Assembly (NCBI GenBank): GCA_000708835.1
Contig: DF237006.1
Span: 3,789-67,788 of the forward strand
Origin: Klebsormidium nitens
Taxonomy: Eukaryota; Plantae; Klebsormidiophyceae
Reading direction: 5' to 3'
Length of the DNA stretch: 64,000 nt
Made by a program: the position numbers and the translations under genes. The notes under the pieces were generated by a model. It did not search any database, was not told the origin of the DNA, and saw only the letters and a program-made list of their open reading frames with translations. Below, one piece after another: positions 61,318 to 64,000 of this stretch (positions are counted from its first letter, which is position 1; each line of letters opens with the position of its first letter).

Positions 61318-63563
61318 TCAGGTCCTTGCACCTTCGTCGCCTATGAGGGGCTCTTCTGGCAAAAGTTGGAGGTTTATGCTCAGGTTCTTGAGGACGGCCG
61401 GATACGCCTTGAGTAGCCTGCAAAGAGGTCGAGTGTTTGTATTCCCGACACTTGCCAAAAAACCATGTGAGGGCAAACTTAAGTTCTCACTTGTTCTGCT
61501 TTCTGTGCTTCGACGTGAAAGTTCTGAGCACCGATGCTTGACAAAAGGGACACTTAAGACGTTATCGTGCTCAGAAACTGTCCCCGGCACAATCATCAAG
61601 CGGTGCACAATCCACGATGCGAAGTCAATCACAGCTTTCGAACTAAATGTTAGAGGATACCAGCCTTCATTCGAAGCTGGCCTCAGCGAGCCGCCACCGA
61701 AGTGGAGTTTGCTCGCCCTGATCAATGGCAATGAGACAGGTTTGCACAATTAAGCCGCTGCGATACGGGCAAAGATAGGAAGATTGCGGTTTCTGCCAGA
61801 GCAGCTTGATGTTGGACAGCGATTCAGGGGTCCTCTTGTGCGACTGATCGTTTCCCCTAAGGGAAGCGCCAGCAGAGACCTCGTATCCAGGTAGCTAAGG
61901 AGTGTTCGAGTGCAGTGAAAGAACCATCCACTTGTCAAGGACACAAAAACGGCGGCCAGTCTAGCTACGACTCGTACAGACTCTCTGGGTTCCAGTTTAC
62001 CGCTCCCTTAATGGAAGCCGAGGAGTTCTGTCCTTGGAAGTCTTTGATGAGATTCGCGAAGCTGATTGAGATGTCTGACATGTCTGCGGCTCAAAGTAGC
62101 CAAATGAAAGAGGCAAACGTTTCCTTCACACTTACCTACAGTATTCGCTGAAATCGATCTTGTCGTCTTTATTGAGGTCTGCCTCCTCAAAGGTGCGCTC
62201 TACGACTGCGGCCGCCTCTTCGGTGCTGAAGTCCAATGTCCCCTGCAAACCAGTCAGCAGGTTTCGGAGCGAACTTCAAGAAACCGCTTCAACAAAATGA
62301 TAGTGTGTTGACGACGATAGTAGCTTGGTTGAGTGTCGGTCTCTTAACCAGTTCGTGGCTTGAAGTGGCAGCTCTTTTCCTCTTTTGGTGCGCACCACAT
62401 GCGCTGCTCACCTCGTCCGATACTGCTGCCAGCATCTCCGCTAGCTCGCGATGGGTGATCTCTCCTTGCTGATTGGCAAATAGACGGAACGACACTGCAG
62501 GCAGATGAAATAGGACTGGGCATCAATACATTTTCCCGAAGAGGCCTCCCCCAGACCAACCGTTGTTTGAGGCATGTCAGATCATCACATTGACTCCATT
62601 TTCTGCTGATGCCAGAATCGCTTTGTGCCTGATTGAAGGGAAAACATCTTGCTTAGATTGGCAACCACATTCAACAGGTGCGGTGTGTCGACGTTGCAAG
62701 TCAGGAGATCCTTACATTTTGTCTTTTCGAGGTCTGGAGCTTCTTCAGCAAAGGCGGAGAGGGTGTTGCAGAACTCCGCAAAGCTGATCTTCCCATTTCG
62801 GTCTTGGTCCAAGAGGGAGAACATGCGCTCCACAAGCAGTGGCTGCTTCAGGCCCAGTGCCAGCTGTAGCTCTTTCTGCAAGCAAGAATGCGCAAGGGTG
62901 ACAGTCATATCCTTGGCGCGATTTTAGTACCACCATGGTGTTTGCTGCTTTCCTGAGAGTGTTTGTGCTCGCTCTTTCTCCGTCAGAAAGATTGGGCAGT
63001 GTTCATGCCTTAGAGCTTGCAAGACTGCGCGCTGACCTTCTGTATTGACGCCTCATCCTTGCCCCCATGCTTTTTTGCATGCTCCAGTGGGGCTGACAGT
63101 GTTCCTATCAGTGCCTTGACCGCGCCTCCTCCGTCCTTGCCATCCCCCAACTCATTCTCCTCCTTTTCAACTTCCTTATGGGCAGCCACTTCACAGAAGA
63201 TCTTGTGAAGCGTCCGGACTTGGCCAGCATTGACTGCGGGAGCAAAGTATCATAGCTCATCAGTAGCTTCGACGGTGACCACGATGCTGGCAAGTCAGAA
63301 TCTCTGGGCTGCATTGCGCACCTTTCTAATGATCAAGAGTGTCACAGCCTGGACCAAAAAACGAATTCTGGAAGCAAATGTATTATGCAACTTCCCTGCT
63401 ACAAGCTGTAATTTGCTTACATTCGCCCTGTTGATGTGCAACAAATGGGCTTACAACAATCAATTGATAAAGAAGATGTTTCCAGTCAGGAAGGAACTCA
63501 ACAGTAAGTTGTGTCCACAAAATGCTGCACGTCTTCTTTGCTCAGTGATTGTTGTGCCCCCAT
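61318..63563 (-). CDS. Calcineurin B-like (CBL)/NCS-type EF-hand Ca2+ sensor, N-myristoylation motif MGxxxS
   Basis: Exons: 63563-63503 MGAQQSLSKEDVQHFVDTTY; 63233-63037 FNAGQVRTLHKIF...IQK; 62875-62716 KELQLALG...RMFSLLDQDRNGKISFAEF...EKTK; LSFRLFANQQGEITHRELAEM; VERTFEEADLNKDDKIDFSEYCR; 61417-61318 LLKAYPAVLKNLSINL...EGART*. Colinear with plant CBLs (EEFQLALF, FSFQLYD...QQG, KTFEEAD, RHPSLLKNMTL). Confidence 0.85.
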
Positions 63564-64000
63564 GCTGCCGGTGCCGACAAAATCAGCTGGTTGTTAGACC
63601 ATCCTCTTGATGCAGGTAGCTGCTAGTGCTGTTTCTTGTTTCAAGACAAGAAAGCTGAAAAACTACACGAAGAAGAATCTAAGGGCCAGCATCAGATACT
63701 CCACTAACCACTAAGCCAACAGAATGCCCCACCAACATTCTAGCATTCCTCCAAGCTCCGCAGTTCCTAATGCAGTAAGATTCTGCTCACAGTGGTCCTG
63801 CTCTGTCGATGCTCTGTTGATGAGCATGTAGCGCCAGAGAGGTCTTCCCGGCTGATTAAGATCAGGATAACTTTACACTGGGACCCAAGCGAGCTTGCAT
63901 TGCTTGCGACGCGCGAGAGGTAGCAGGCTGCATGGCAAGCGGGCCAGGCCTCCATGAATCTGACAGTGATAGGTATGCTCAATGGGACCTGCCCGATGAA

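Noticed and set aside
62008-62080. Alternative CBL last exon (RHVRHLNQL...GFH*)
   Set aside because: The exon at 61417-61318 aligns much better with the CBL C-terminal helix, so the 62080 acceptor was not used in the model.
1-64000. CRISPR arrays, rRNA/tRNA genes, prokaryotic operons, giant-virus insertions
   Set aside because: No regularly spaced repeat-spacer arrays, no recognisable structural RNA genes and no intronless AT-rich viral-type gene blocks were seen.

Overview
Eukaryotic, intron-rich DNA with GC-rich exons and three N-gaps. Most ORF-track entries are partial exons or antisense shadows. I assembled genes by hand from GT(GC)-AG, phase-compatible exons and found 11 protein-coding genes: (1) an uncharacterised protein carrying a motif I recall from flagellate eukaryotes (minus, runs off the left edge); (2) an 11-mer-repeat protein fused to an atypical-SDR NAD(P)H-binding domain; (3) a MAA3/SEN1-like SF1 helicase; (4) a plastid cofactor-dependent phosphoglycerate mutase; (5) SF3B4; (6) a non-DUR3 sodium:solute symporter; (7) ISY1; (8) a CCDC151/ODAD3-like coiled-coil protein; (9) EME1; (10) a plant-type protein with a C-terminal J-like domain; (11) an NPF/PTR transporter; plus (12) a myristoylated calcineurin-B-like Ca2+ sensor, so 12 in total. 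Land-plant-type orthologues together with probable flagellar genes and a CCCTAAAA-type repeat suggest a streptophyte alga such as Klebsormidium; this is inference. Two TA-flanked MITEs sit in the SF3B4/symporter divergent promoter. I see no operon-like or multi-gene novel system. The best novelty candidates are the repeat/Rossmann fusion, the CBL with a large EF1 insertion and no FPSF tail, and the fungal-like symporter. All family assignments come from recalled motifs, not database searches.
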